64,000 nucleotides of DNA, from contig JBAQYF010000031.1 in NCBI GenBank assembly GCA_049299895.1, positions 96,644 to 160,643 of the forward strand, written 5' to 3'. Position numbers and translations under genes: made by a program. This DNA is from Candidatus Altiarchaeia archaeon. GTDB taxonomy: Archaea; Altiarchaeota; Altiarchaeia; IMC4; QMZM01. Below the pieces are notes generated by a model that saw only the letters and a list, made by a program, of their open reading frames with translations, ran no database searches and was not told the origin of the DNA. This document shows, in pieces, positions 9,569 to 20,158 of the stretch. Numbering within the stretch: position 1 is the first letter of the stretch; each line of letters starts with the position of its first letter.

Positions 9569-11627
9569 AGAACGTAGCACTGAGATAAAACTTTCCATAG
9601 TTATCCCGACATACAACGGGGAAAAATATCTACATAAGCCCCTTGACAGCATAATCCCCCAACTTAAAGGCATCGAGGACCAGACTGAAATAGTCATATC
9701 TGACAACGCATCAACCGACAAGACTGCACAGGTCGTGCAGGAATACATAAAGAACTATCCGAACGTGCGCATCAGATTCTCAAGGAACCAAGAGAACTTG
9801 GGCCCGGACAGAAATGCGCAGATAGTAATAGAACGCTCGGAGGGGGAATACTTCTGGTTCTTCAGCGACGATGATTCTATAAAAGAGGGAGGGCTGCAAA
9901 AAGTCCTTGGAGTAATAGAAGAACACCCGGAGTTAGCGACTATCTTCGTAAACTACCAGGGGGATTCTCCGCTGAAACTAAAAGAGGACGTCCTGTGCAA
10001 GAACGGCAATGAGTTCTTTGATGTAACCTGCTTCAAGAGCGGGCTCATGTCGAGCAACATACTCAAGAAAAGCATCTGGACGAGCGTGGACTCGTCAAAA
10101 TACGCAAAATCCAACTGGATACATATCGGCGTCCTGACTGAAATACTGGTAGACAAACCCAGCTATGTAATTTCCACCCCTTATCTGGTGCAGGGAATAG
10201 TCGAAGAAGTTGGTATCCGCTGGGGTAAACAGGAATCTGCAAGAATAGGCCTTCGATATGCCAAAATAATTAGAGGCATGAGCAAAGAGCACTACGAACC
10301 CAGAGTCATAAAAAAAGGGATCCATTCGATACGGGGCGGATATTTCCTAGACCTTCCTCTGGCCAAAGCCATGGGGCTGAAGGTGGATTATAAGCTATTA
10401 AAAGAGTTCTACGCAGTCTACGGCGAGATCCCGGCATTCTGGCTCCAGGACCTTCCAATACTCCTCACGCCGGGGGTATTATTCAAAGCCGCCTACAAGA
10501 TCGTATATCCGGCACGCAAGAAGATCAAGCGTTTTTTCTTTGAAAACAATGCAGAAAAAATGGATGAAAAGGCATCAAAGAATCCCTTTGTAAGCATTTA
10601 TGTCCCAGTATACAACGCACATGAGACGATAGACCGGACCATGGCCTCGATCCTGAAACAGACATACGACAACTATGAAGTCATCGTGGTCGACAACGCC
10701 TCATCCGACGACACGTGTAATATCATCAAGGGTTTCAATGATCCAAGAGTTGTGATCCATGTCAATGAAACAAATATAGGCGCGGAAAAAAATTGGGAGA
10801 AGTGCATAGAGCTTGCGTCAGGAGAGTATACTGCAGTCTTCCACGCAGACGACATATACGAACCGGACGTCATTGAAAAGGAGGTTAACGCATTCATGGA
10901 AAACCCATCCCTCCTAGGCGTTTTTACTCTTGCAACGTTCATTAACGACAGGGACGAAGTTATAGGGAAATCAGTTCTTCCTGCCAGGCTGCGCAGGAAA
11001 AAAGTGTACGACTACCCGGACATTCTGCTTGCGGTCCTTGACAGCCCGCTAAAGAATGTAAACCCGTTTATGACGCCTGCAGTCCTTGTGCGGACAGAGG
11101 TGTATAAAAAAATCATGCCCCTGCGCACGGAGGAGATCCGGACTGCAACGGACTTTGATCTGTGGCTCAGGTTGTCAAAAATGGGCCCTGTGACCATTCT
11201 AAGCGAAAGACTCCTGAATTACAGGATGAGCGCAGAACACATAATCTTCAAGCAGGATCGCTCCAGGACATATGAAGAAGGCTTCTTTAAAGTCCTCGAC
11301 GATCATACCGCAAGCAAACCCAAGGAGCTGATGATACCAAAAGAGGTCCTTGAGAGGTATGAGATCAGGCGTAATATAGACCGGCTAAAAAGGTCTGTGA
11401 ACTGTCTTTCCATGGGCGATTATGGCTCCGTAAAAGGTCTTCTGGAGAATTTTCCCAAGTGGTCCTTTCTTTGGCCCATACTCAAGAACATTAAGCAGCC
11501 AGTGCTTTTAGCCTATTGGAGTGCGGGTAATGTCATCCTGCTGACAGCTTATGCGGGCCTGGGTAAGCAACTGGGCAAAGGCCTACAGTGGTACCTGCAT
11601 GTCTGGAGAAGGAGATGGCTCAAGTGA
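9555..11627 (+). CDS. Tandem double GT2-family glycosyltransferase
   Basis: Two GT2 N-terminal signatures: 'LSIVIPTYNGEKYL...ISDNASTDKT' and 'VSIYVPVYNAHETI...VVDNASSDDT'. 690 aa. Confidence 0.8.
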   Translation: MEESKERSTEIKLSIVIPTYNGEKYLHKPLDSIIPQLKGIEDQTEIVISDNASTDKTAQVVQEYIKNYPNVRIRFSRNQENLGPDRNAQIVIERSEGEYFWFFSDDDSIKEGGLQKVLGVIEEHPELATIFVNYQGDSPLKLKEDVLCKNGNEFFDVTCFKSGLMSSNILKKSIWTSVDSSKYAKSNWIHIGVLTEILVDKPSYVISTPYLVQGIVEEVGIRWGKQESARIGLRYAKIIRGMSKEHYEPRVIKKGIHSIRGGYFLDLPLAKAMGLKVDYKLLKEFYAVYGEIPAFWLQDLPILLTPGVLFKAAYKIVYPARKKIKRFFFENNAEKMDEKASKNPFVSIYVPVYNAHETIDRTMASILKQTYDNYEVIVVDNASSDDTCNIIKGFNDPRVVIHVNETNIGAEKNWEKCIELASGEYTAVFHADDIYEPDVIEKEVNAFMENPSLLGVFTLATFINDRDEVIGKSVLPARLRRKKVYDYPDILLAVLDSPLKNVNPFMTPAVLVRTEVYKKIMPLRTEEIRTATDFDLWLRLSKMGPVTILSERLLNYRMSAEHIIFKQDRSRTYEEGFFKVLDDHTASKPKELMIPKEVLERYEIRRNIDRLKRSVNCLSMGDYGSVKGLLENFPKWSFLWPILKNIKQPVLLAYWSAGNVILLTAYAGLGKQLGKGLQWYLHVWRRRWLK

Positions 11628-12730
11628 AAAAAAAGATTCTGGTGGTAGACTCTTCAGCAGGCATCGGAGGGGGCCAGAGGATTGCATTTGATATCTGTTC
11701 ATCTCTAAGGGGCCGTTTTGAGTTTATAGTCACATCCCCAAAAGGAGTATACAATGAGAAATACTCAGAGATCAAAGTAAAAACGCGTATTCTTTCAGGA
11801 AGTTTTCCCATAAAACAGGTCAGCAGGATAATGATTGAAGAAAAGCCAGACATTATCCACGCCCACGGTACAAGAGCCGCCTTATGGGCACGTGCGGCAG
11901 TTCTGCTGACTAGAAAGAAGATCGCATTAGTCTATACCCTGCACGGTCTACATATATCCAAACGGGCTTTTCCAAGGAGGGAGATGCTTCTGCTGCTTGA
12001 AAGAATAATGAACCGATGGACAAGCGTTCTCGTCTGCGTGAGCGACGGGGATCGTGAAGAGGTACTGAGACATAAGCTGATAGATCCTGCGAAGATTGTC
12101 GTCATAAAGAACGGGATAGACGTTGACGCATTCAGAGCGGGCGCGAGGAACGCAGGGATTATAATAGAGGAGCTTAACATTGAAGGCTTCACTGTGTTAT
12201 GCAGCGTTGGGAGACTGCATCCTCAGAAAGATTTCTCAACTCTGCTTAAGGCTCTTAAGATCATCAACGAGAAGGAGGGTAGATTTGTCCTGCTCATAGC
12301 AGGAGACGGCCCGCTGCGAGGCTCTCTCGAATCAGAGGCAGAAAGTCTGTGCGTCTCATCTAAGGTGCGGTTCCTCGGGTTTCGGGAGGATGTTGCCGGC
12401 CTCATGGCGGCATCGGATATTATTGTTCTTTCAAGCAACTGGGAAGCATTCGGACTGGTATGCGTTGAAGCTGGAGCCGTCAAAAAGCCGGTTATAGCTT
12501 CTGACATCGAGGGCGTAAGAGAGGCCGTGCAGAGTGGCATCACTGGCTACCTATTTCGGAAAAACGATTCCATAGACCTTGCGGAAAAGATTTTTCTTCT
12601 CGCTTCCCCGGAAAAAAGAGCATCACTTGGCCTGGCAGGCTATGAATTTGTCTCAAAGAACTATGATATTAGGCGCATGGCTGAAGAATACCGGCGCCTG
12701 TTTGACGCGCAAAGACCTGCACCTTATTAG
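11615..12730 (+). CDS. GT4-family glycosyltransferase
   Basis: The ATG at 11615 is preceded by GGAGAAGGAG. 'GRLHPQKDF' and 'EAFGLVCVEAGAVKKPVIASDIEG' are GT4 EX7E-region motifs. Confidence 0.8.
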   Translation: MAQVKKKILVVDSSAGIGGGQRIAFDICSSLRGRFEFIVTSPKGVYNEKYSEIKVKTRILSGSFPIKQVSRIMIEEKPDIIHAHGTRAALWARAAVLLTRKKIALVYTLHGLHISKRAFPRREMLLLLERIMNRWTSVLVCVSDGDREEVLRHKLIDPAKIVVIKNGIDVDAFRAGARNAGIIIEELNIEGFTVLCSVGRLHPQKDFSTLLKALKIINEKEGRFVLLIAGDGPLRGSLESEAESLCVSSKVRFLGFREDVAGLMAASDIIVLSSNWEAFGLVCVEAGAVKKPVIASDIEGVREAVQSGITGYLFRKNDSIDLAEKIFLLASPEKRASLGLAGYEFVSKNYDIRRMAEEYRRLFDAQRPAPY

Positions 12731-12755
12731 ATTTGAGTTCTTATTAGATTACGAT

Positions 12756-14405
12756 ATGTCTTCATCAACAGCGAAGGTCCTTGCCAAGGGCACCTTTTGG
12801 GGCATCCTGAGCGCCTTTTTCATAAAGTTCCTGGGATTCTTCTACACGATAATGCTCCCGAGGCTATGCCCGAGCAAGGTGGAGCAGGGCATATTCTTTT
12901 ACGCGCTCAGCGTCGTTGCTATAATAGCTGTTTTTTCAGACCTTGGCCTGGGCCCTGGAGCCCTCGGAAGATATGTACCATATTATATCGGAAGAAAGGA
13001 GTATAACCATGCAAAAGCGGTCGTCAGGATCTCTCTACTCGCCGGCACTGCATTCTCGCTTGTCTGCGCGATTCTACTGATCGGTTCCGCGGGCTACCTC
13101 GCCAATTTTTTCAACAGTCCAACTCTAGTCCCAACTATAATCCAGGTATTTTATATAATGGCTCTTTATCTGTTTTTCATGAATTTTTTCCTGATTGCAG
13201 CAAATTTTCTCGGAGGGCTTAAGATACTTAAACTAAGCTCTCATATGAACAACATACAGAGCCTGGCTAAATTGTTCCTCACGGCTTTTTTTCTTGTATT
13301 CCTGGGCCCGTACGCAGTCAACATAGCCTGGGGTTTTACTCTCTCTTTTCTTGTGGCCTGCGTCTTCGGATGCTTCTGGGCATACAGGGAATATCGCAGG
13401 ATTCCTTTATCCGAGGAGATAGTTGACAACAGAAAGCTCCTCGTGGAGATGGTACCTTTCGGTCTCGTGCTTGTCCTCTTATCGTCTATGTCTACTATCA
13501 ACGGTTACGTTGACAGGCTTATGCTTGGTTATCTTATCGGGGGTACGGCAAGCCTTGAGATGATCGCAGTCTATTCCTTTGCCGTGAATCTTGGCGCAGT
13601 TATCTATCTGTTTTCAGGACCTGCCGTCGGAATATTCCTGCCGGTTATCTCGGAAGCATGGGGAAGGCAGGATCACCTGGAAATAGAGAAGGCATCTTCC
13701 ACGCTTATGAGATGGATCCTCTTTCTGTCAACGCCTGTGTTCATCACTTTTGTGGTTTTCCCCCGGGAGATACTTTCGATATTATACGGACCCAGCTATG
13801 GGATAGGAGCTATGGCGCTTGTTTTGTATTCTATCGGGATCTTTTTCTCTCTTTTCTCCTGGCCGGTGTATTATGGCCTGTCTGCTATGAGGAAGATAGG
13901 TATAAGCATAAAGATACTCATCGTAGGCATGGTCATAAACATCTCCCTGAACGCATTACTAATCCCCATTTATGGAATTGACGGGGCTGCATTCGGTTCC
14001 GCGGTCTCGCTGGTCATGATGACAGGGATATATCTTTACATAAGGGACAGAGTTTACATGAGGATCCCCTGCAATATGTACAAAGGCATATTGGCGGGGT
14101 TTATTGTCCTTGGCCTGCTTCTATGCCTCAAGATATCCCTTGGCTATTCACCTGATTTTGTAAGAGAATTTTCCGTTTCAGGAGGGGCAGATCAGGAGAT
14201 CATACGCAAAATCCTGAAAGCTGCATTCTTGGGATTACTTGGTGCCCTGACCTGCGGACTATACCTCTTTTTTGTCATAATCTTAAGAGCTTTAGAGACA
14301 GAGGATATTGAAGTGATCGCAGGGGGCATGCGCAGGATGGGATTGCCAGGGGGAATCATAAAGAAGACAGAAAAGATGCTAGGCAAAAGGGATATTCCGG
14401 CTTAA
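12756..14405 (+). CDS. Wzx-like polysaccharide flippase (MOP superfamily)
   Basis: A polytopic (~12 TM) protein beginning 'MSSSTAKVLAKGTFWG', typical of PST-family flippases. The upstream TTG-initiated extension overlaps the GT4 gene and is rejected. Confidence 0.7.
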   Translation: MSSSTAKVLAKGTFWGILSAFFIKFLGFFYTIMLPRLCPSKVEQGIFFYALSVVAIIAVFSDLGLGPGALGRYVPYYIGRKEYNHAKAVVRISLLAGTAFSLVCAILLIGSAGYLANFFNSPTLVPTIIQVFYIMALYLFFMNFFLIAANFLGGLKILKLSSHMNNIQSLAKLFLTAFFLVFLGPYAVNIAWGFTLSFLVACVFGCFWAYREYRRIPLSEEIVDNRKLLVEMVPFGLVLVLLSSMSTINGYVDRLMLGYLIGGTASLEMIAVYSFAVNLGAVIYLFSGPAVGIFLPVISEAWGRQDHLEIEKASSTLMRWILFLSTPVFITFVVFPREILSILYGPSYGIGAMALVLYSIGIFFSLFSWPVYYGLSAMRKIGISIKILIVGMVINISLNALLIPIYGIDGAAFGSAVSLVMMTGIYLYIRDRVYMRIPCNMYKGILAGFIVLGLLLCLKISLGYSPDFVREFSVSGGADQEIIRKILKAAFLGLLGALTCGLYLFFVIILRALETEDIEVIAGGMRRMGLPGGIIKKTEKMLGKRDIPA

Positions 14406-14430
14406 AATTAAGTAAGTATAATAGTATGTT

Positions 14431-15720
14431 ATGGAACCTGTTTTACAGCTTGCCCTGGATTACGTAGACAATAGCAGAGCGCTTAAGGCGGCTAAAGAAG
14501 CATCGGCCGGAGTCGACTGGCTCGAAGCCGGGACTCCGCTTATAAAGAGCGAAGGCCTCTCATCCGTAAGAGAGCTACGCAGATTGTTCCCAAAGCACAA
14601 GATCATCGCCGACATGAAGGTCATGGACACGGGTAGATTCGAAGTCGAGGCCGCAGCGAAAGCGGGAGCTGACATCGTAACGGTCCTTGCAGCGGCAGAC
14701 GATTCCACTATCATTGAGGCAGTAGAAGCGGCTAAGAACGTAGGCTGCGAGATAATGGTCGACCTCATAGGGGTCCCTGAACCGGACAACAGAGCAAAGG
14801 AGGTTGAAAAAATGGGCGTTGACTATGTCTGCGTTCATTTGTCGATCGACCAGCAGATGAGGGGAATAGATTTCTTCTCTGAATTGCGAAAAGTTGCAGG
14901 GGCCGTTAATATACCCGTTGCCGCGGCCGGAGGACTTAATACGGAGACTGCGGCTCCGGCAATCAACGCGGGGGCAAGTATAATCATCGTGGGCGGGGCC
15001 ATCACAAAAGCAGAGGATTCGGGCGCCGCTGCAAAGGCGATAAAGAAAGTCATGAAGAGCGGGAAAATCGAAAGCTCCAAACTGTACAAGAAATACACAG
15101 ACCCCCTCAAGGCCTTTTCCATGGTGTCGACGGCCAACATAAGCGATGCCATGCACAGGCTGCCCTGTATGGAAGGAATCAAACAAGTATCGGGCGGAAG
15201 GATATTTGGTCCCGCGGTGACGGTGCGCACATACCCGGGCGATTGGGCGAAACCGGTCGAGGCGATAGACAGCGCCAATGCGGGTGATGTATTAGTCGTT
15301 GACGCAGGCTCAGGGACGGCAGCGGTATGGGGGGAACTTGCATCGCACAGCGCGATCACAAAAAAAGTCGCAGGCATCGTGATAGACGGAGCTGCAAGGG
15401 ACATCGAGGACATAAGGAAATCGGGTTTTTCAGTATATTCAAGGTATGTTTCTCCCAATGCCGGCGAGCCTAAAGGATTCGGGGAAATAAACGTACCTAT
15501 CAGATGCGGCGGCATGTCTGTGCGGCCTGGCGACTACATTATAGGAGACGCCGACGGAGTGATAGTAGTCCCGAAAGAAAAGGCGGTCGAAGTTGCGAAC
15601 AGGGCAGTCGACGTCCTTGAGAGGGAGAACAGATTAAGGGAAGAAATAAAGAAGGGATCAACCCTTGCAAAAATAACGGAATTAAAGAAATGGGAGAAAA
15701 AAGAGGGTTGCTCTCTCTAA
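14431..15720 (+). CDS. Bifunctional 3-hexulose-6-phosphate synthase (OMPDC-fold) / RraA-like protein
   Basis: The N-terminus 'LQLALDY...IIADMKVMDTGR' carries the DxKxxD HPS/KGPDC signature. The C-terminal half, 'GDVLVVDAGSG...GIVIDGAARD', is an RraA/MenG-like fold. 429 aa. Confidence 0.75.
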   Translation: MEPVLQLALDYVDNSRALKAAKEASAGVDWLEAGTPLIKSEGLSSVRELRRLFPKHKIIADMKVMDTGRFEVEAAAKAGADIVTVLAAADDSTIIEAVEAAKNVGCEIMVDLIGVPEPDNRAKEVEKMGVDYVCVHLSIDQQMRGIDFFSELRKVAGAVNIPVAAAGGLNTETAAPAINAGASIIIVGGAITKAEDSGAAAKAIKKVMKSGKIESSKLYKKYTDPLKAFSMVSTANISDAMHRLPCMEGIKQVSGGRIFGPAVTVRTYPGDWAKPVEAIDSANAGDVLVVDAGSGTAAVWGELASHSAITKKVAGIVIDGAARDIEDIRKSGFSVYSRYVSPNAGEPKGFGEINVPIRCGGMSVRPGDYIIGDADGVIVVPKEKAVEVANRAVDVLERENRLREEIKKGSTLAKITELKKWEKKEGCSL

Positions 15721-16496
15721 TCGGTTGAGAGCATCTTTCTTATCTCGTTCCCTTTCTCGAACGCCGCATCTACGCACGCCATTATCTCTTCTTCGTTGAA
15801 GGAGCCTGTTCCTCCTTTTTGCATGGCGTTTATGTTCTCGGTCGTTGCAACGGTCAGCCGCGCATCCATTGCGTATTCTTCGTTCAGGGACGGGTCTATA
15901 AGCAGGTTTTTCCCTATTTTCGCAGTGGTGCAGGGTATCGGCACTCTTGATATGGGAAGTTTTCCTGAGTATTCTCCGTAGATTATCTTTCCGTCTTCGT
16001 ATTTCGGGAGCCTTGTATTGAGGAGCGCGGACATCGATGCTATTCCTCCTGCATCTATCAGGTTTCCGTCGTGGTCGAGGATGTGTATGTCTATGAAGAC
16101 TATCCATACGAGGTTGTCTTCTATCAGGAGTTTCTTTGTGTCTATCGCGCCCGATTCTCTTATGCCCCTGTCTATTACCCTTGCGACCTCTATCGAGTCT
16201 TCATTCGGCGGGCCTGATTCGAATCTTGGGGATGCCATGGGCCTAAATTCCGTACTCGTGCTCATGACTCCATCCTTGGGCCGGTCAGGGAATGGTTCTC
16301 CTACGTCTATACTTATGCCTGCGAGGACCTTGGTTTTTCCAAGTTGTACTAAGCAGGATCCTGGGGCCTTGTCTTTTACGTAGCCGTTGTCGATTATGAT
16401 CTTTCTGTGTTCGTCGAATTTTCTGCCATCCTCTCTCTTGCTTTCATTGACAAGATTGGTAATGTAGTCCTTTTTAAGGTATCCTTCAATCTCCAT
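15717..16496 (-). CDS. rrp42: Exosome complex subunit Rrp42 (RNase PH-like, non-catalytic)
   Basis: An RNase PH-fold sequence at the standard position, last in the exosome superoperon. Confidence 0.85.
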   Translation of the reverse strand: MEIEGYLKKDYITNLVNESKREDGRKFDEHRKIIIDNGYVKDKAPGSCLVQLGKTKVLAGISIDVGEPFPDRPKDGVMSTSTEFRPMASPRFESGPPNEDSIEVARVIDRGIRESGAIDTKKLLIEDNLVWIVFIDIHILDHDGNLIDAGGIASMSALLNTRLPKYEDGKIIYGEYSGKLPISRVPIPCTTAKIGKNLLIDPSLNEEYAMDARLTVATTENINAMQKGGTGSFNEEEIMACVDAAFEKGNEIRKMLSTD

Positions 16497-17235
16497 TTTC
16501 TACTCCTCCTTCCCCTACGAATTTTTTCATGCTGTCCATGAGGGTCTTCCTCTGCAGGTCGTACACCTTCATGCAGCCGTCGTATGCGAGCTTGTATGCT
16601 TCCTTGAATTCATCCCTTGAAAGCTTCCCGTCCATCTGCAACAGGACGATCTCTCCTTTTTTAGGTATAAGCGCCATCGGAAGGTCGCATTCCCCGAAGT
16701 TGTCCTCTTCTTTCATGAGGTCGACTACCACTTGTCCGTCCACCTTTCCTGCTGAGCACGCGCTGACGAGGTCCTTCATCGGGATGCCCGCATCCGCGAG
16801 AGCAAGCGATGCCGCCGTCAGTCCCACGCACCTTGTTCCCGCGTCTGCCTGTAGTATCTCTATGAATACGTCTATCACCGTGTTCGGGAAACGCTCCAGC
16901 ATGACTACGCTCGCGAGCGCTTCGGAGGTGACTTTTGATATTTCCACGCTCCTTCTGTCGGGGCCGGGCTTTTTTCGCTCGTCCACCGAGAAAGGCGCGA
17001 GGTTGTATACGCATCGAAGCATCGCCTTGGTCGGATCCTGGAGGAACTTTGGATGAAGCTCCCTGGGACCGTACACGCCCACCATGACCTTGTTCTTACC
17101 CCATTCAACATACGCTGAGCCGGCCGCTCTTTCAAGCACCGAGACTTCCATCTTTATGTCCCTGAGCTCTTCAAAGCCTCTGCCGTCCAGTCTTTTTCCG
17201 TCCTTGATCAAAACTACGTCGCCGTTTCCTGACAT
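16486..17235 (-). CDS. rrp41: Exosome complex exonuclease Rrp41
   Basis: '[34 protein letters not shown]' is the RNase PH catalytic-subunit pattern. Adjacent to rrp4 and rrp42. Confidence 0.9.
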   Translation of the reverse strand: MSGNGDVVLIKDGKRLDGRGFEELRDIKMEVSVLERAAGSAYVEWGKNKVMVGVYGPRELHPKFLQDPTKAMLRCVYNLAPFSVDERKKPGPDRRSVEISKVTSEALASVVMLERFPNTVIDVFIEILQADAGTRCVGLTAASLALADAGIPMKDLVSACSAGKVDGQVVVDLMKEEDNFGECDLPMALIPKKGEIVLLQMDGKLSRDEFKEAYKLAYDGCMKVYDLQRKTLMDSMKKFVGEGGVENGD

Positions 17236-17271
17236 TTTTCAATCCTCTGATTCATTAAAGTGAAATATGAT

Positions 17272-17922
17272 TTAACGTGATTCCTTGTCCAGGTATTCTG
17301 CTATCTGATCGGTCAAACCCTGGGTCTGCGCGTATTTCTCTATCTTCTTTATGGTGTTTACCGCAAGGTCCATGTTCCCGTCTTTTATCCAGATCTTGCC
17401 GTTCTGTCCTACTATTATCCTTGAACCTGTTTTCTCCCTTATCATGTTGAGCATTGACTTCTGCTTTCCGACGACCCTTGGGACTCTTTTTGGGTTGACG
17501 TCTATTATGAGGCCACTTTCTATCTTCCAGGGCTTCATGAGCTGGCAGGAATATACTTCATTTACTGAGCCGATCTTTGCAGTTATGATGTCTCCTACTT
17601 TGTAGTACCTTGAAAGGTCAGTCTTCGCTGCATCCCGGGAAACCTCTTCTCCGGACATGGCGCAGATGTAAGGGGAGTTGATATCGACAAGCCATTTGCC
17701 GGTCAGAACGTCCATTATCACGCCTATGACAACGTCCTCTCTTTTCGGGATGTATCCGCCGGACGATGGAACGACCTTTATCTTCCTGCCGTCTACGCGG
17801 ACAAGACCCTCCACCGCAGAATAAACATTCCCTCCTTCCATGTAACAATTCATGTCCGGGATTATCTCATTTCCTATCAGATCTCCTGGAACCACCAGGT
17901 CCCTGTCTTTGATATTCAACAT
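17272..17922 (-). CDS. rrp4: Exosome RNA-binding subunit Rrp4 (S1 + KH)
   Basis: 'VVPGDLIG' N-terminal motif, S1 and KH regions, and the operon position. Confidence 0.85.
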   Translation of the reverse strand: MLNIKDRDLVVPGDLIGNEIIPDMNCYMEGGNVYSAVEGLVRVDGRKIKVVPSSGGYIPKREDVVIGVIMDVLTGKWLVDINSPYICAMSGEEVSRDAAKTDLSRYYKVGDIITAKIGSVNEVYSCQLMKPWKIESGLIIDVNPKRVPRVVGKQKSMLNMIREKTGSRIIVGQNGKIWIKDGNMDLAVNTIKKIEKYAQTQGLTDQIAEYLDKESR

Positions 17923-17936
17923 AAAAAACGCCTCTA

Positions 17937-18632
17937 CTATTTCTCCATTAACTTGATCTTGACTTCGCCGTGCGTCAGGGAATTAAGCTTCGAATAAAAC
18001 TCGTCCTGCACGCCCGCCGGGATCTCAAGAAGGGACATAAGGTCTCCCCGGTCCCATTCCTCTTTCTTTACTTCGCCGTATTCGCGCAGTATCCTGTAAG
18101 TGTTTCCCGCGTAAGTCGCAGGTATCTTGACCGCCATCTGGACGGTGTCGAACTTTATGGGTAAGATGGGACGTATCTCTTTTACAACGACGTCGACCTG
18201 CTCTTTTGCGCTCTTGAAAGGGTCTATCATCACGCGCGCTTCCTCCATCGCAGCGTCTATTCTCGCGGGGGGATTAGGCGCCTTGGTCTGGGGGTTTATC
18301 GAGTTGCGCGAGATATAATTGATGATCTGCTTGCGCTTATCATCTATCATCTTCTTGCGCTGCTCCGCTGTAAGATGTATTTCTCCTTTGTGTATTATCT
18401 TGTCTACGACTGCTGCCAGGTCCGATGAGCCGAAGACTTTCATCAGGTTCTCATCCGCAGCTTTCTTGCTGGCGGACGCGTCCTTGAATACTTCCTGGAC
18501 TGCCAGAAGGTCGCCTAACGGAACAGGTGTCCCTTTCTTGTATTCCATTGCAAGATCGGGGTCTACGTAGAGTTCAAAGGTCTCTCCTCCCGTTTTGAGG
18601 CGGGCGATAATCGCTTTGTCTAGGCTTACCAT
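17937..18632 (-). CDS. Ribosome maturation protein SBDS/Sdo1
   Basis: Conserved SBDS N-terminal (FYSH) pattern 'TFELYVDPDLAMEYKKG'. Lies between psmA and rrp4 as in the archaeal superoperon. Confidence 0.85.
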   Translation of the reverse strand: MVSLDKAIIARLKTGGETFELYVDPDLAMEYKKGTPVPLGDLLAVQEVFKDASASKKAADENLMKVFGSSDLAAVVDKIIHKGEIHLTAEQRKKMIDDKRKQIINYISRNSINPQTKAPNPPARIDAAMEEARVMIDPFKSAKEQVDVVVKEIRPILPIKFDTVQMAVKIPATYAGNTYRILREYGEVKKEEWDRGDLMSLLEIPAGVQDEFYSKLNSLTHGEVKIKLMEK

Positions 18633-18714
18633 TTTTCCTCGGGACTAGTCCGTTAGAAACACTTTGTCGGACGAAAAAAGAACCACACCGGAGATCCGCA
18701 AGATAAAAAGCCTT

Positions 18715-19464
18715 TTATTCGGCCTTGGTTTTCTTGTCGGCTTCCAGATCCTTATCCAGCTTCGCGAGGGATTTGCCTATCTCTTCTTTGTCTACTCTCT
18801 GATATTTGCTTCCTATTTCGACAGTGATCATCTCAACGTTCTCTTTTTTTATCTTTTCTTCTGATACTACGTTGAGCCCTCGTAAAGCCAAATCAATGGC
18901 GTCGGTCCGGTTCATCCCTTCCTTGTAGTATTTCTCGAATATTTTTTCAACATCCGCCTTGCCTGTCCCGATGGAGGTGGCGGTGTATTCCGTGAATGCT
19001 CCGCTGGGGTCGGTCTCGAATAAGTAGGAGTTCTCGTTTACCCCTGCAATAAGTAGGGCGGTACCAAAAGGCCTTGCTCCGCCGTATTGAGTATAGTACT
19101 GCTTGATGTCGCATATGTCCCTTGTCAGTCCGGAAACGGATATCGGCTCGGCGTATGCGAGGCGATTCCTCTGCGCTTTGGTTCTCGCTTCCTCGATAAG
19201 CCTTCTTGCATCGGCTACGAGACCCGATGCTGCGATACCTATGTGCTCGTCTATCTGGAAGATCTTTTCGATAGAAGAAGGAACGATAAGTTTCGATGCT
19301 ATGTTCTTGTCAACCGCTAGCAGCACGCCACCCTTGTAGGTTATGCCGCAGGCAGTAGTTCCTCTCTTTACAGCTTCACGCGCGTATTCAACTTGAAACA
19401 GCCTCCCGTCGGGGCTGAAAACTGTTATGGCTCTGTCATAAGCCGCCGGACCCATCGGATACAT
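18715..19464 (-). CDS. psmA: Proteasome subunit alpha
   Basis: 'YDRAITVFSPDGRLFQVEYAREAVKRG' is the canonical 20S alpha N-terminus. Confidence 0.9.
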   Translation of the reverse strand: MYPMGPAAYDRAITVFSPDGRLFQVEYAREAVKRGTTACGITYKGGVLLAVDKNIASKLIVPSSIEKIFQIDEHIGIAASGLVADARRLIEEARTKAQRNRLAYAEPISVSGLTRDICDIKQYYTQYGGARPFGTALLIAGVNENSYLFETDPSGAFTEYTATSIGTGKADVEKIFEKYYKEGMNRTDAIDLALRGLNVVSEEKIKKENVEMITVEIGSKYQRVDKEEIGKSLAKLDKDLEADKKTKAE

Positions 19465-19635
19465 TCTTTTCTCACCTAGCGAATAATTTAATAGGATTTA
19501 TTGCTTAAATAAGGAGGGGAAACCAATTCTTGCAATACTATTCAATATAGGACCATGAGGTAATAAGGTGAAAGATTTGGAAAAACATCCCGGGGTAATC
19601 AGCCCGGGGAATTGACAGAAAAATCAGCGGGAGAG

Positions 19636-20145
19636 TTATGCGTTACCGAATATCTTCCTTGCGGTCTCCAGCCTTTCGCGCACTGTCTCGCCGTTCGTCT
19701 TCTCGGATACCTGGGTGCCGCCCGAATACTTGAGTATGTCGGACACGTTCACGGCCACGAGTTCCGCCGCTTTCGAAAGCGACATCCCGCGTGAATACAG
19801 ACGCGCCCCCAGCTTGATCCTGGCCTTTTTCACGACGTTCCCCTGGAAGAATCCGTTCTTTTTGTCGAATTGCTTGACGTCTTCCATCAGGCCTTCCAGG
19901 TTCCCTGCATTTATCTTCCGGTTGGCGTTCTCAAGTAGTTCACCGAACTGGGATTGATAATGCCTTTTCAGGAAAATCTTATGGAAAGAGTAGCTTATTA
20001 TGCCCACGTTTATCGCATCCGGATTCTGCGTTATGAACGCGATGTCTGCGCACTGGTCGGACAATTCCCGGAGCAGGTACGGGTTCCTTTTTTCCAGCGC
20101 GGAACGCAGTTCCTTTACAACGTCAAGATCGGTATTCTCATTCAT
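19636..20145 (-). CDS. Hypothetical protein (169 aa), possible HTH segment
   Basis: An ORF with no recognisable family. 'GMSLSKAAELVAVNVSDI' could be a helix-turn-helix. Confidence 0.4.
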   Translation of the reverse strand: MNENTDLDVVKELRSALEKRNPYLLRELSDQCADIAFITQNPDAINVGIISYSFHKIFLKRHYQSQFGELLENANRKINAGNLEGLMEDVKQFDKKNGFFQGNVVKKARIKLGARLYSRGMSLSKAAELVAVNVSDILKYSGGTQVSEKTNGETVRERLETARKIFGNA

Positions 20146-20158
20146 TCTGGTTCTGTTA

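Noticed and set aside
12579-12755. TTG-initiated 5' extension of the Wzx flippase ORF (and similar GTG/TTG extensions at 11588, 1847, 31904, 49865, 29319)
   Set aside because: The extensions overlap the upstream genes. Internal ATGs with SD-like sequences or ATGA overlaps give N-termini typical of the families.
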